Below are positions 12,288-29,086 of a stretch of 64,000 bases of DNA, one piece after another. The number at the start of each line of letters is the position of its first letter. Positions within the stretch are counted from its first letter, which is position 1. This DNA comes from Eledone cirrhosa. Lineage: Eukaryota. Made by a program: the position numbers and the translations under genes. The notes under the pieces were generated by a model. That model made no database searches and was not told the DNA's origin. It saw only the letters and a program-made list of their open reading frames with translations. The stretch is from the NCBI GenBank assembly GCA_964016885.1, contig OZ024743.1, forward strand, positions 125,302,001 through 125,366,000, read 5' to 3'.

Positions 12288-15056
12288 ATGGCCAACCTGA
12301 GATCCTTTCTCCACCAACTCCATAATCGCCTCAAACTTTTCCTCACCCGCCTCCTTCCACCCTGCTATCTCCCCTCCGCCCTTCAACTCTCCTACCTTCT
12401 CTTCGCCAAAACCCGGCACTCCAGCCACATCCATTTCCTCAGCCACTGCCTCCGCCTCCACCTTATCCCCCTTCGCTTCCGTCTACACTTCCACCCCTCC
12501 TCCGCTGCCTCCCCATACGCGCAACGTATCCTCACCCGATCCTCACGCCTTCTGATGCGCAACTCCATCCGCGCCTCCCGTTCCACCCTCCGCCTACTTG
12601 ACCACCAACTGACCCCCACCCTCCTCCGCCTTTACTCCACCTGCCACCCCTTCCTCGCCCAAGCCATCCTCTCCTTCATCCACAACCTCAACCACAACCT
12701 CTTCTCGTTCCTCAGCTCCACCAAAGCTCGCAAGCTACACCCCCCCCCCCCCCCATCCACCACCACCCTCCCTTCCCCATACGCCCACCTCTCCCCCCCA
12801 CCCCCACCCAATCTCCACCCCTCACCACACCCTCCCTTCCCTCCCCTAACACCCAAACCCCACCCCTTGTTGTCACCATACCCCCTGACCTCCCCCTCTC
12901 CGCACCTGAGCGCTCACTCCTTAGTAGAGGCCTTCGCTTCATACCCCACACTCCGCTCAGCGACGAGTTCCGCACCCGAACGGAAGTCGAGCGATTCGTG
13001 CGACGCACTAAGCTACAGGCACATTTCAGCCGAACGCCACCGGCTCCGGACGCCCCAGACCCGTTTCTCGCCCTGGGCCGACGACCATCTTCTTGGACGC
13101 CGGCCCCAGGGCAATTTAGCACCCTGGACGCCTTCGTCGATGCCAGCCGTAGCGCAGTAAATCGTTTCGACTTCCGCCACCGTTCCAAACGGCACAACAT
13201 CTCACGGGGCGAACTCCTCGCTCTCCGCTCCCTCCGTAGCCGAGATGACATCGTCATCAAACCGGCGGACAAGGGAGGCGCCGTGGTGGTATGGCGCGCG
13301 GACCTCTACACGGCCGAAGCCCTCAGGCAGCTCTGTAACCCCCTCTTTTACCGCCCTCTACCCTCCGATCCCACCCCCCTCTACCAACAACAAGTCTCCT
13401 CCACCATCAAAGACCTTATCGCCCCCCCCCCCCACGGCTTCCCACCTCATCGTCCGCACACCCCGCACCCCCACCATCTACTTCCTCCCCAAACTCGACA
13501 ACCCCGGCCGCCCCATCGTCTCCGCTTGCAACTGCCCCACCGAACTCATCTCCGCCTTTCTCGACTCCCTCCTCGCCCCCCTTGTCACCACCCTCCCCTC
13601 CCACATCTCTGACACCAACCACGCCCTGCGCCTTTTCGACTCCTTCACCTACCTACCCGGCCCTCAGCCATTCCTCTTCACCCTAGACATCAAGTCCCTC
13701 TATACCGTCATCCCCCACGCCGACGGTCTTCGCGCCCTCAAACACTACCTCGACCTTCACCCCTCCCCCATTCCCTCCACTCCCACCCTCCTTCGCCTCG
13801 CCGAGCTGGTCCTCACCCTAAATTGTTTCTCCTTCTCGGGTGAGTTTTACCAACAGGTCACGGGGGTAGCCATGGGCACAAGAATGGGCCCGAACTATGC
13901 CAACCTTTTTGTTGGCCATGTTGAGGCCCAAATCTTTGCCCAGTACACCGGCCCCACGCCCGAACTGTACGGTCGTTACATTGACGACTGTATCGGAGCC
14001 ACGACCCTCACCCGAGTACAGCTCGACTCCTTTCTCTCCTTCTTCTGCTCCTTCCACCCCTCCCTCCACTTCACCACCTCTATCTCCACCACCCACGTCC
14101 ACTTCTTGGACATCTCCGTCGCCTTCGACCCCTCCCACCACTCCCTCGTCACCTCCACCTTCTTCAAACCCACCGACTCCCACTCTTACCTCGACTTCAC
14201 CTCTTCCCACCTCACCCACACTAAACTCTCCATTCCCTACTCCCAACTTCTCAGGATCCGCCGCCTCTGTAGCCGAGATGCTGACTTCGAGTCCCAGGCC
14301 CTTTCCCTAGTCAGCCATTTCATCCGCAGAGGTTAACCCCCCCCCCCCCCCCCTCTCGTCCACACCGCTCTCACCCGCGCCCGTGCTATCTCCCGCTCCA
14401 CCACCCTCACCCCACGCCACCGCACACACACCCACCGTCTCCCCTTCCCCATCACCTACCACCCATCCACCTTACCCCTCCACCGCACCATCCGCCGCCT
14501 CTTCCGACACCTCCAGTCCGACCCCTCCACCTCCCACATCTTCCCAACCCCACCACTCCCCTCCTTCAAACGCGCACGCAATCTCCGCACCATCCTCGTC
14601 CACAGCTCCCTACCCCCCAACCCACGCTCCGTTTCTCCCCCCGGTTCCTTCCCCTGTTCTAGGCCCCGCTGCAACACCTGTCCCCACATCACCAACACCA
14701 CCACCTTCCAGGGTCCCAACGGCCACCCTCTCTCGGTCCGGCATGCCTTCCGCTGCACCTCCTCCAACCTAGTCTACGGACTTCGTTGCACGAGGTGCAG
14801 CGCGACTTATGTCGGACAGACGACGCCGCCTGGCGGACCGAGTCACGGAGCACCTCCGGGACATTCGTCTCGGGGGCAGTTCCCCCATCGCCCGCCACTT
14901 TGGTGGCCCTGGACACTCCGCACGCCATCTCACAGTCTGTGGCCTACTCCAGTGCCACGGAACACCCGCCCATCGCCTCACGGTCGAACAACGTACTATC
15001 TTCATCTTACAGACCCACACTCCCCCGGCCTGAACTCCCCACCCTTATTCCTTTAG
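12288..15056 (+). CDS. Penelope-like RT + GIY-YIG endonuclease polyprotein, frameshifted
   Basis: IVIKPADKGGAVVV, PGRPIVS, DIKSLYT, GVAMGTRMGPNYANLFVG, RYIDD, FKPTDSHSYL, the linker PCSRPRCNTC, and NLVYGLRCTRCSATYVGQT..RLADRVTEH (GIY-YIG). About five frame breaks, mostly at poly-C runs (~12745, ~13425, ~14340, ~14820, ~15025). Confidence 0.9.
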
Positions 15057-15504
15057 CGTTCGACCGCCCCCCTCCCCCACTTATCCCCCACTAACACCAC
15101 TAACACACGCCTCCTTTTCACCGCCCACCCCACACTAACAATACTAACACCTCCACTCCACCTCACCCCTCATCTAACCACCCTTCCCCAACTAACATAC
15201 TAACATCCCTTCCCTCCCCTCTTCTCCTCCTCCCCCCTCCTCATCACACGCACACACTTACACCACCCACCCCACACGCAACTAACATCACTAACACCCT
15301 CCAACCCCACGCACACGTACCCACACACCCTCGTACACCACCAACTCTACACACCCTACCCCCACTAACACCTGCATTCCACCCCTTCCACCTCCCGTCT
15401 ACTAACACCCACTAACACCTCCTCACCAAACTACACACACACCAGTACACCACACTCCTTCCATAGAACCACACATCCCCTTCTCTCTCCTCTCCACTCC
15501 ACTC

Positions 15505-15633
15505 CACACACACACACACACACACACACACCACACACCACACACCACACACACACACACCCACACACCACACACACCACACACACCACACACACCACAC
15601 ACACCACACACACCACACACACCACACACACCA

Positions 15634-15707
<74 letters not shown>

Positions 15708-15735
15708 ACCCACCCACCCACCCACCCACCCACCT
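15505..15735. repeat. (CA)n / (CACACACCA)n / (CCCA)n microsatellite within the PLE 3' region
   Basis: Directly visible. Confidence 0.95.
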
Positions 15736-16284
15736 CTCTCCCACTCCAACACCTACCCATCCCTCGCCTCCCTACCATTCCGCTGACTGCTGCTATGCCC
15801 TTCCGACCACTGTCTCAGCACCAACTGACCACAGCACTTCCACTGCTGACCACTTCCTGTTGCGCGCGCACCCCACATCTCTCCTCTTCCGACCACCGCT
15901 TCTTGGATTACCTACACACAAAAACACCCACCACACACACCTTCCTGAACATGCAACCCCGTTCTTCCTCCAACCCTCACTTTCACATACACACACACCA
16001 CCTTCAGCCCTCCCCGCTCGGATACCCCGTCTCCCTCTCCCCACTCCACCCGCCACCACCTCTACTCACCCCACACCCTTCCACCACCTGTTTACCCCCC
16101 CTTTTAATTTCAGTTTATTTTGATCATGCCTTTCTTTTTAAATGTTCTCATTCCTTGTATTTTGATCATGCTTTATTTTTATTTATTTATTATATTTTTG
16201 TCTTTATTTGTTAATTTTTCATTCGCACCGTTTCCTTTCGCTATATGTCTCTCCACCAGTCCCCTACACACCTTTTGAACTCTC

Positions 16285-16316
16285 ACCTGAAGAAGGGCTT
16301 ATGCCCGAAACGTCGT
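16285..16316 (+). ncRNA. Minimal type I hammerhead ribozyme in the PLE pseudo-LTR
   Basis: CTGAAGA-A-GGGC(TTAT)GCCC-GAAA-CG-TC: conserved core, 4-bp stem II, palindromic ACGT stem III and GUC cleavage triplet. Stem I is weak. Confidence 0.75.
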
Positions 16317-16430
16317 CCTCCACCTGCCCCCCACTCTCCTGAGCGTGAATTTAATAAACATTTATCGTACTGCCTCTCTGTTCTGTCCCTGTTCAATTTT
16401 TCATTATATATATATATATATATAATATAT

Positions 16431-16483
<53 letters not shown>

Positions 16484-16529
16484 ATATATATATAATGTAT
16501 ATATATAATATATATATAATATATATATA

Positions 16530-16561
<32 letters not shown>

Positions 16562-16714
16562 ATATATAATATATATATATATAATATATATATATATAAT
16601 ATATATATATATAATATATATATATATAATATATATATATATAATATATATATATATAATATATATATATTGTATATATATATTGTATATATATAATATA
16701 TATATATATAATAT

Positions 16715-16746
<32 letters not shown>

Positions 16747-16769
16747 ATATATATATATATATAATATAT

Positions 16770-16801
<32 letters not shown>

Positions 16802-16822
16802 ATATATATATTATATATATAT

Positions 16823-16877
<55 letters not shown>

Positions 16878-16897
16878 ATATATATATATATATATTG

Positions 16898-16949
<52 letters not shown>

Positions 16950-16969
16950 ATATATATATATATATATTG

Positions 16970-17076
<107 letters not shown>

Positions 17077-17123
17077 TGTATATATATAATATATATATAT
17101 ATAATATATATATATATATATTG

Positions 17124-17165
<42 letters not shown>

Positions 17166-17205
17166 TATATATAATATATATATATATATAATATATATAT
17201 ATAAT

Positions 17206-17237
<32 letters not shown>

Positions 17238-17274
17238 ATATATATATATAATATATATTGTATATATATAATAT

Positions 17275-17317
<43 letters not shown>

Positions 17318-17367
17318 TATATATATAATATATATATATATATAATATATATATATATAATATATAT

Positions 17368-17401
<34 letters not shown>

Positions 17402-17518
17402 ATATATATATATAATATATATATATATATATTGTATATATATATATATAATATATATATATAATATATATATATATAATATATATATATATATATAATA
17501 TATATATATAATATATAT

Positions 17519-17563
<45 letters not shown>

Positions 17564-17579
17564 ATATATATATATATAT

Positions 17580-17622
<43 letters not shown>

Positions 17623-17652
17623 ATATATATAATATATATATATATATATAAT

Positions 17653-17684
<32 letters not shown>

Positions 17685-17787
17685 ATATATATATATATAT
17701 TATATATATTATTATATATATATATATATTATATATATATATTATATATATATATATATTATATATATATTATATATATATATATAT

Positions 17788-17830
<43 letters not shown>

Positions 17831-17880
17831 ATTATATATATATAATATATATATATATAATATATATATATATATATAAT

Positions 17881-17914
<34 letters not shown>

Positions 17915-17973
17915 ATATATATATATATATTATATATATATTATATATATATATATATTATATATATATATAT

Positions 17974-18043
<70 letters not shown>

Positions 18044-18093
18044 ATTATATATATATAATATATATATATATAATATATATATATATATATAAT

Positions 18094-18174
<81 letters not shown>

Positions 18175-18183
18175 ATATTATAT

Positions 18184-18216
<33 letters not shown>

Positions 18217-18223
18217 TATATAT

Positions 18224-18280
<57 letters not shown>

Positions 18281-18296
18281 TATTATATATATATAT

Positions 18297-18364
<68 letters not shown>

Positions 18365-18366
18365 AT

Positions 18367-18400
<34 letters not shown>

Positions 18401-18410
18401 ATATTATATT

Positions 18411-18516
<106 letters not shown>

Positions 18517-18545
18517 TATATATTATATATATATATATATATTAT

Positions 18546-18589
<44 letters not shown>

Positions 18590-18635
18590 ATATTATATAT
18601 ATATATATAATATATTATATATATATATATTATAT

Positions 18636-18711
<76 letters not shown>

Positions 18712-18713
18712 AT

Positions 18714-18759
<46 letters not shown>

Positions 18760-18763
18760 ATAT

Positions 18764-18853
<90 letters not shown>

Positions 18854-18859
18854 ATATAT

Positions 18860-18891
<32 letters not shown>

Positions 18892-18896
18892 ATATA

Positions 18897-18927
<31 letters not shown>

Positions 18928-18957
18928 ATTATATATATATATATTATATATATATAT

Positions 18958-19000
<43 letters not shown>

Positions 19001-19004
19001 ATAT

Positions 19005-19094
<90 letters not shown>

Positions 19095-19100
19095 ATATAT

Positions 19101-19167
<67 letters not shown>

Positions 19168-19186
19168 ATTATATATATATAATATA

Positions 19187-19217
<31 letters not shown>

Positions 19218-19243
19218 ATTATATATATATATTATATATATAT

Positions 19244-19275
<32 letters not shown>

Positions 19276-19350
19276 ATTATATATAATATATATATATATA
19301 TTATATATAATATATATATATATTATATATAATATATATATATATATTAT

Positions 19351-19420
<70 letters not shown>

Positions 19421-19714
19421 TATATTATATATATATATATATTATATATATATATATATTATATATATATATATATTATATATATAATATATATATATAT
19501 ATTATATAATATATATATATTATATATATATATATATTATATATATATATATATTATATATATATATATATTATATATAATATATATATATATATTATAT
19601 ATATATATATATTATATATATATATATATTATATATATATATATATTATTATATAATATATATATATAATATATATATATATATATAATATATATATATA
19701 TATAATATATATAT

Positions 19715-19745
<31 letters not shown>

Positions 19746-19901
19746 ATATATATATATATATATAATATATATATATATATTATATATATATATATATTAT
19801 ATATATATTATATATTATATATATATATATATTATATATAATATATATATATAATATATATATATATATAATATATATATATATATATAATATATATATA
19901 T

Positions 19902-19932
<31 letters not shown>

Positions 19933-20030
19933 ATATATATATATATATATAATATATATATATATATTATATATATATATATTATATATATATTATATAT
20001 AATATATATATATATATATTATATATATAT

Positions 20031-20073
<43 letters not shown>

Positions 20074-20211
20074 ATATATATATTATATATATATATATAT
20101 AATATATATATATATAATATATAATATATATATTATATATATATATATATAATATATATATATATAATATATAATATATATATTATATATATATATATAT
20201 AATATATATAT

Positions 20212-20313
<102 letters not shown>

Positions 20314-20363
20314 TATATATATATAATATATATATATATATTATATATATATATATATATAAT

Positions 20364-20411
<48 letters not shown>

Positions 20412-20611
20412 NNNNNNNNNNNNNNNNNNNNNNNNNNNNNNNNNNNNNNNNNNNNNNNNNNNNNNNNNNNNNNNNNNNNNNNNNNNNNNNNNNNNNNNNN
20501 NNNNNNNNNNNNNNNNNNNNNNNNNNNNNNNNNNNNNNNNNNNNNNNNNNNNNNNNNNNNNNNNNNNNNNNNNNNNNNNNNNNNNNNNNNNNNNNNNNNN
20601 NNNNNNNNNNN
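20412..20611. other. Assembly gap (200 N)
   Basis: Run of N. Confidence 1.
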
Positions 20612-20634
20612 TATAATATATATATATAATATAT

Positions 20635-20678
<44 letters not shown>

Positions 20679-20693
20679 ATATATATATATATA

Positions 20694-20725
<32 letters not shown>

Positions 20726-20743
20726 TTTATATATATATATATA

Positions 20744-20777
<34 letters not shown>

Positions 20778-21001
20778 TTTATATATATATATTATATATA
20801 TATATATTTTATATATATATTATATATATATATATATTTTATATATATATATATAAATATATTTTATATATATATATATATATATTTTATATATATATAT
20901 TATATATATATTATATATATATATATATTATATATATATAATATATATATTATATATAATATATATATTATATATATATATATATATAATATATATATAA
21001 T

Positions 21002-21033
<32 letters not shown>

Positions 21034-21424
21034 ATATATATAATATATATATATATATAATATATATATATAATATATAATATATAATATATATATATAA
21101 TATATATATATAATATATATATATATAATATATATATAATATATATATATAATATATATATATAATATATATATATAATATATATATATATATATTATAT
21201 ATATATATATATAATATATATATATAATATATATATATAATATATATATATAATATATATATATAATATATATATATAATATATATATATATATATTATA
21301 TATATATATATATAATATATATATATAATATATATATATATAATATATATATAATATATATATATAATATATATATATATAATATATATATATAATATAT
21401 ATATATAATATATATATATATAAT

Positions 21425-21475
<51 letters not shown>

Positions 21476-21531
21476 ATATATATATTATATATATATATAT
21501 AAATTATATATATATATATTATATATATATA

Positions 21532-21658
<127 letters not shown>

Positions 21659-21726
21659 ATATTATATATATATATATTATATATATATATTATATATATA
21701 TATATATTATATATATATATATATAT

Positions 21727-21761
<35 letters not shown>

Positions 21762-22254
21762 ATTATATATATATATATAATTATATATATAATATATATA
21801 TATATATATAATATATATATATATATATAATTATATATATAATATATATATATATAATATATATATATATATATAATTATATATATAATATATATATATA
21901 TAATATATATATATATATATAATTATATATATAATATATATATATATAATATATATATATATATATAATTATATATATAATATATATATATATAATATAT
22001 ATATATATATATAATTATATATATAATATATATATATATAATATATATATATATAATATATATATATATATATAATTATATATATAATATATATATATAT
22101 AATATATATATATATATATAATTATATATATAATATATATATATATAATATATATATATATATATAATTATATATATAATATATATATATATAATATATA
22201 TATATATATATAATTATATATATATAATATATATATATATATAATTATATATAT

Positions 22255-22300
<46 letters not shown>

Positions 22301-22588
22301 ATTATATATATATATATTATATATTATATATATATATATATTATATATTATATATATATATATATTATATATATATATTATATATATATATATATTATAT
22401 ATATATAATATATATATATATATTATATATATATATATATATTATATATATATATATATTATATATATATATAATATATATATATATATTATATATAATA
22501 TATATATATATATTATATATATATATAATATATATATATATAATATAATATATATATATTATATATATATAATATATATATATATATT

Positions 22589-22630
<42 letters not shown>

Positions 22631-22642
22631 AATATATATATA

Positions 22643-22727
<85 letters not shown>

Positions 22728-22776
22728 ATATATTATATATATATTATATATATTATATATATATATAATATATATA

Positions 22777-22922
<146 letters not shown>

Positions 22923-23013
22923 ATATATATATTATATATATATATATATTATATATATATATATATATTATATATATATATATATATTATATATATATAT
23001 ATTATATATATAT

Positions 23014-23047
<34 letters not shown>

Positions 23048-23231
23048 ATATTATATATATATTATATATATATTATATATATATATATATATTAATATAT
23101 ATATTAATATATATATATATATATTATATATATATTATATATATATTAATATATATATATATATTAATATATATATTAATATATATATATATATATTAAT
23201 ATATATATTAATATATATATATATATATATA

Positions 23232-23270
<39 letters not shown>

Positions 23271-23276
23271 TATATA

Positions 23277-23317
<41 letters not shown>

Positions 23318-23375
23318 TATATAATATATATATATATAATATAATATATATATAATATATATATAATATATATAT

Positions 23376-23451
<76 letters not shown>

Positions 23452-23642
23452 TATATATATAATATATATATATTATATATATAATATAGATATATATATA
23501 TATATTATATATATATATTATATATATAATATATATATAATATATATATATATGTATATTATATATATATATATATAATATATATTATATATATATGTAT
23601 ATTATATATATATATATATATTATATATATAATATATATATA

Positions 23643-23689
<47 letters not shown>

Positions 23690-23791
23690 ATTTTATATAT
23701 ATAATATATATATATAATATATATATATTATATATATATATATATATTATATATATAATATATATATATAATATATATATATATATATTAT

Positions 23792-23843
<52 letters not shown>

Positions 23844-24104
23844 ATTATATATATATATATATATAATATATATATATAATATATATATATATATATTATA
23901 TATATATATTATATATTATATATATATATTATATATATATATTATATATATATATATATATTATATATATATATTATATATATTATATATATATATTATA
24001 TATATATATTATATATATAATATATATATATTATATATATATATTATATATATATATTATATATATATAATATATATTATATTATATATATTATATATAT
24101 ATAT

Positions 24105-24136
<32 letters not shown>

Positions 24137-24157
24137 ATTATATATATATATATATAT

Positions 24158-24189
<32 letters not shown>

Positions 24190-24331
24190 ATTATATATAT
24201 ATATTATATATATATATTATATATATTATATATATATATTATATATATATATTATATATATAATATATATATATTATATATATATATTATATATATATAA
24301 TATATATATTATATATATTATATATATATAT

Positions 24332-24387
<56 letters not shown>

Positions 24388-24764
24388 ATATATATATTAT
24401 ATATATATTATATATATATTATATATATATTATATATATATTATATATATATTATATATATATTATATATATATTATATATATATTATATATATATTATA
24501 TATATTATATATATATTATATATATATTATATATATATTATATATATTATATATATATTATATATATTATATAAATATATATATATATATATTATATATA
24601 TTATATATATATATATATATTATATATATATATATATATTATATATATATATATATATTATATATATTATATAAATATATATATAGATATATTATATATA
24701 TATTATATAATATATTATATAATATATATATAATATATATATATATTATATATATATATTATAT

Positions 24765-25415
24765 TGGTCCCACAACATCCAGGCCGAAACAAATGAGATC
24801 GTGTAGGTGTCACGACAAAAAACACACAGTCCACGCTGTAAATGTGGCCGTGTAGGCAACACGGTAAAAACCTCCCAGCCCCACGCTGTAAATGTGGCCG
24901 TGTAGGCAACACGGTAAAAACCTCCCAGCCCCACGCTGTAAATGTGGCCGTGTAGGCAACACGGTAAAAACCTCCCAGCCCCACGCTGTAAATGTGGCCG
25001 TGTAGGCAACACGGTAAAAACCTCCCAGCCCCACGCTGTAAATGTGGCCGTGTAGGCAACACGGTAAAAACCTCCCAGCCCCACGCTGTAAATGTGGCCG
25101 TGTAGGCAACACGGTAAAAACCTCCCAGCCCCACACTGTAAATGTGGTTGGTGTTAGGAAGGGCATCCAGCTGTAGAAAACCCGCCAGTCAGTCCACGCT
25201 GTAATGTGGCCGTGTAGGCAACACGGTAAAAACCTCCCAGCCCCACACTGTAAATGTGGTTGGTGTTAGGAAGGGCATCCAACTGTAGAAAACCCGCCAG
25301 ACAGTCCTATGCGAGCAAGACAACCACTCTTGCCTCAAGTGGGAAAACCCCCGTCCAAACCCATGCAAGCGTGGTACACGGACGCTAAACCTGATGATGA
25401 TGATGATGATGATGA
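24765..25415 (+). mobile_element. (GAT)n-tailed SINE with internal tandem expansion
   Basis: GGTGTTAGGAAGGGCATCCA core occurs twice; (GAT)n tail at about 25393-25415. Confidence 0.75.
24831..25130. repeat. 50-bp minisatellite, 6 identical copies
   Basis: CCACGCTGTAAATGTGGCCGTGTAGGCAACACGGTAAAAACCTCCCAGCC starts at 24831, 24881, 24931, 24981, 25031 and 25081. Confidence 0.97.
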
Positions 25416-25918
25416 TTATATATATATTATATATATATATTATATATATTATATATATATATTATATATATATTATATATATATTATATATATATTATAT
25501 ATATATTATATATATATATTATATATATATTATATATATATATTATATATATATATATATTATATATATTATATATATATTTATATAATATATATATTAT
25601 ATATATATTTATATAATATATATATTATATAATATATATATTATATATATTATATAATATATATATTATATATATTATATATATATATATATTTATATAA
25701 TATATTTATATAATATATATATATATATATTTATATATATTTATATAATATATTTATATATATTTATATAATATATATATATATTTATATAATATATATA
25801 TATATATATATTTATATAATATATATATATATATTTATATAATATATATATATATATATTTATATAATATATATATATATATATATTTATATAATATATA
25901 TATATATATATTTATATA

Positions 25919-25975
<57 letters not shown>

Positions 25976-25987
25976 TATATTTATATA

Positions 25988-26040
<53 letters not shown>

Positions 26041-26091
26041 ATATATATATATATATTTATATAATATATATATATATATATTTATATAATA

Positions 26092-26123
<32 letters not shown>

Positions 26124-26633
26124 ATATATATATATATATTTATATTTATATAATATATATATATATATTTATATAATATATATATATATATATTTATATA
26201 ATATATATATATATATATTTATATAATATATATATATATATATTTATATAATATATATATATATATATTATTATATAATATATATATATATATATTTATA
26301 TAATATATATATATATTTATATAATATATATATATATATATTTATATAATATATATATATATATATATTTATATAAATATATATATATATATATTTATAT
26401 AATATATATATATATATATTTATATAATATATATATATATATATTTATATAATATATATATATATATATTTATATAATATATATATATATATATAATATA
26501 TATATATTTATATAATATATATATATATATATTTATATAATATATATATATTTATATAATATATATATATATATATTTATATAATATATATATATATATA
26601 TTTATATAATATATATATATATATATTTATATA

Positions 26634-26665
<32 letters not shown>

Positions 26666-27393
26666 ATATATTTATATGATATATATATATATATTTATAT
26701 AATATATATATATATATTTATATAATATATATATATATATTTATATAATATATATATATATATATTTATATAATATATATATATAATATATTTATAATAT
26801 ATTTATATAATATATATATATATATATTTATATAATATATATATATATATATTTATATAATATATATATATATATATTTATATAAATATATATATATATA
26901 TATTTATATAATATATATATATATATATTTATATAATATATATATATATATATTTATATAAATATATATATATATATATTTATATAATATATATATATAT
27001 ATATTTATATAATATATATATATATATTTATATAATATATATATATATATATTTATATAATATATATATATATATATATTTATATAATATATATATATAT
27101 ATATATTTATATAATATATATATATATATATATTTATATAATATATATATATATATATATTTATATAATATATATATATTTATATAATATATATATATAT
27201 ATATATTTATATAATATATATATATATATATATTTATATAATATATATATATATATTTATATATTTATATAATGTATATATAATATATATATATATATAT
27301 ATAATATATATATTATATATATATATTTATATAATATATATATATAATATATATATATTATATAAATATATATATATAATATATATATATATT

Positions 27394-27442
<49 letters not shown>

Positions 27443-27583
27443 ATTTATATAATATATATATATTGTTATATATATTGTTATATATATTGTTATATATATT
27501 GTTATATATATTGTTATATATATTGTTATATATATTGTTATATATATTGTTATATATATTGTTATATATATTGTTATATATAT

Positions 27584-27680
27584 TGTTATATTTGGGGAGG
27601 GTCATATTTGCGTAATATTGCCAGAATTAATAACAGAACACACTCACTGTTTGGTTGGTTTTCGCTTCTCGCTGTCTTTT
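27584..27680 (+). mobile_element. Solitary TGT-starting transposon end (copy 1)
   Basis: TGTTATATTTGGGGAGGGTCAT... Identical to 32907-33003 and related to the MITE TIR at 41502. Confidence 0.55.
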
Positions 27681-27814
27681 ATATATATATATTTATATAT
27701 ATATATATATTTATATAATATATATATTATATATATTTATATAATATATATATATTTAAATAATTTATATATATATATATATATTTATATAATTTATATA
27801 TATATATATATATT

Positions 27815-27855
<41 letters not shown>

Positions 27856-27907
27856 ATATATATATATATATATATTTATATAATATATATATATATTTAT
27901 ATATATT

Positions 27908-27939
<32 letters not shown>

Positions 27940-28053
27940 ATATATATATATATTTATATAATATATATATATATTTATATATATTTATATAATATATATA
28001 TATATGTATATTTATATAATATATATATATATTTATATAATATATATATATAT

Positions 28054-28192
28054 AACGAAGGAAATGTGGTAAGGAACCAGGTGGACCATAACGCACCAAA
28101 GTACTCAATACTTGAGGTAGTAGAGTGGGTAATAGGAACCAGTCTTACTGGTTCCTATATATATATATATATAGGAACCAGTCTTACTGGTT

Positions 28193-28196
<4 letters not shown>
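28054..28196 (-). mobile_element. Penelope-type pseudo-LTR relic with fold-back end
   Basis: Inverted homolog of 35012-35100. Ends in the palindrome ATAGGAACCAGT-CTT-ACTGGTTCCTAT, which is present twice. Confidence 0.5.
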
Positions 28197-28240
<44 letters not shown>

Positions 28241-28362
28241 ATATATATATATTTATATAATATATATATTTATATAATATATATATATATATATATTTAT
28301 ATAATATATTTATATAATATATTTATATATATATTTATATAATTTATATATATATTTATATA

Positions 28363-28394
<32 letters not shown>

Positions 28395-28411
28395 ATATAT
28401 ATATTTATATA

Positions 28412-28443
<32 letters not shown>

Positions 28444-28539
28444 ATTTATATATATATTTATATATATATATATATTTATATTTATATAATATATATATAT
28501 ATTTATATATATATTTATATATATATATATATTTATATT

Positions 28540-28582
<43 letters not shown>

Positions 28583-29055
28583 ATATATATATATATTTAT
28601 ATATATATTTATATAATATATATATATATTTATATATATATTTATATAATATATATATATATTTATATAATATATATATATAATATATATATAATATATA
28701 TATATATTTATATAATATATATATATAATATATATATATATTTATATATTTATATATATATATTTATATATTTATATATATATATATAATATATATATAA
28801 TATATATATATCTTTATATATTTATATAATATATAATATATATATAATATATATATATATATTTATATAATATATATATATAATATATATATAATATATA
28901 TATATATTTATATAATATATATATATAATATATATATATATTTATATATTTATATATATATATATAATATATATATAATATATATATATCTTTATATATA
29001 TATATAATATATATATATAATATATATATAATATATATATATATATTTATATAAT

Positions 29056-29086
<31 letters not shown>

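Larger units (their letters stand above)
11885..16404 (+). mobile_element. Near full-length Penelope-like retroelement (Neptune-type) inserted in (TA)n
   Basis: C-rich island flanked on both sides by (TA)n. Contains a single RT-EN polyprotein, a long CA-rich 3' region and a hammerhead motif near the 3' end. Confidence 0.92.

Noticed and set aside
14334-14336. Programmed readthrough or selenocysteine in the PLE ORF
   Set aside because: The stop is TAA next to a poly-C run where RGYP is expected; an indel or sequencing error is simpler.
11900-15020. Minus-strand Gly/Arg-rich ORFs over the PLE
   Set aside because: Shadow ORFs caused by the C-rich sense strand.
15090-15420. Telomere-like CTAAC repeats
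   Set aside because: Irregular CACTAACAC motifs inside the PLE 3' region, not tandem CCCTAA.
15412-15778. Cys/Val-rich minus-strand ORFs
   Set aside because: Translation of the (CA)n microsatellite.
24831-25130. CRISPR-like array with palindromic repeats
   Set aside because: Units are contiguous and identical with no spacers; eukaryotic SINE context and no cas genes.
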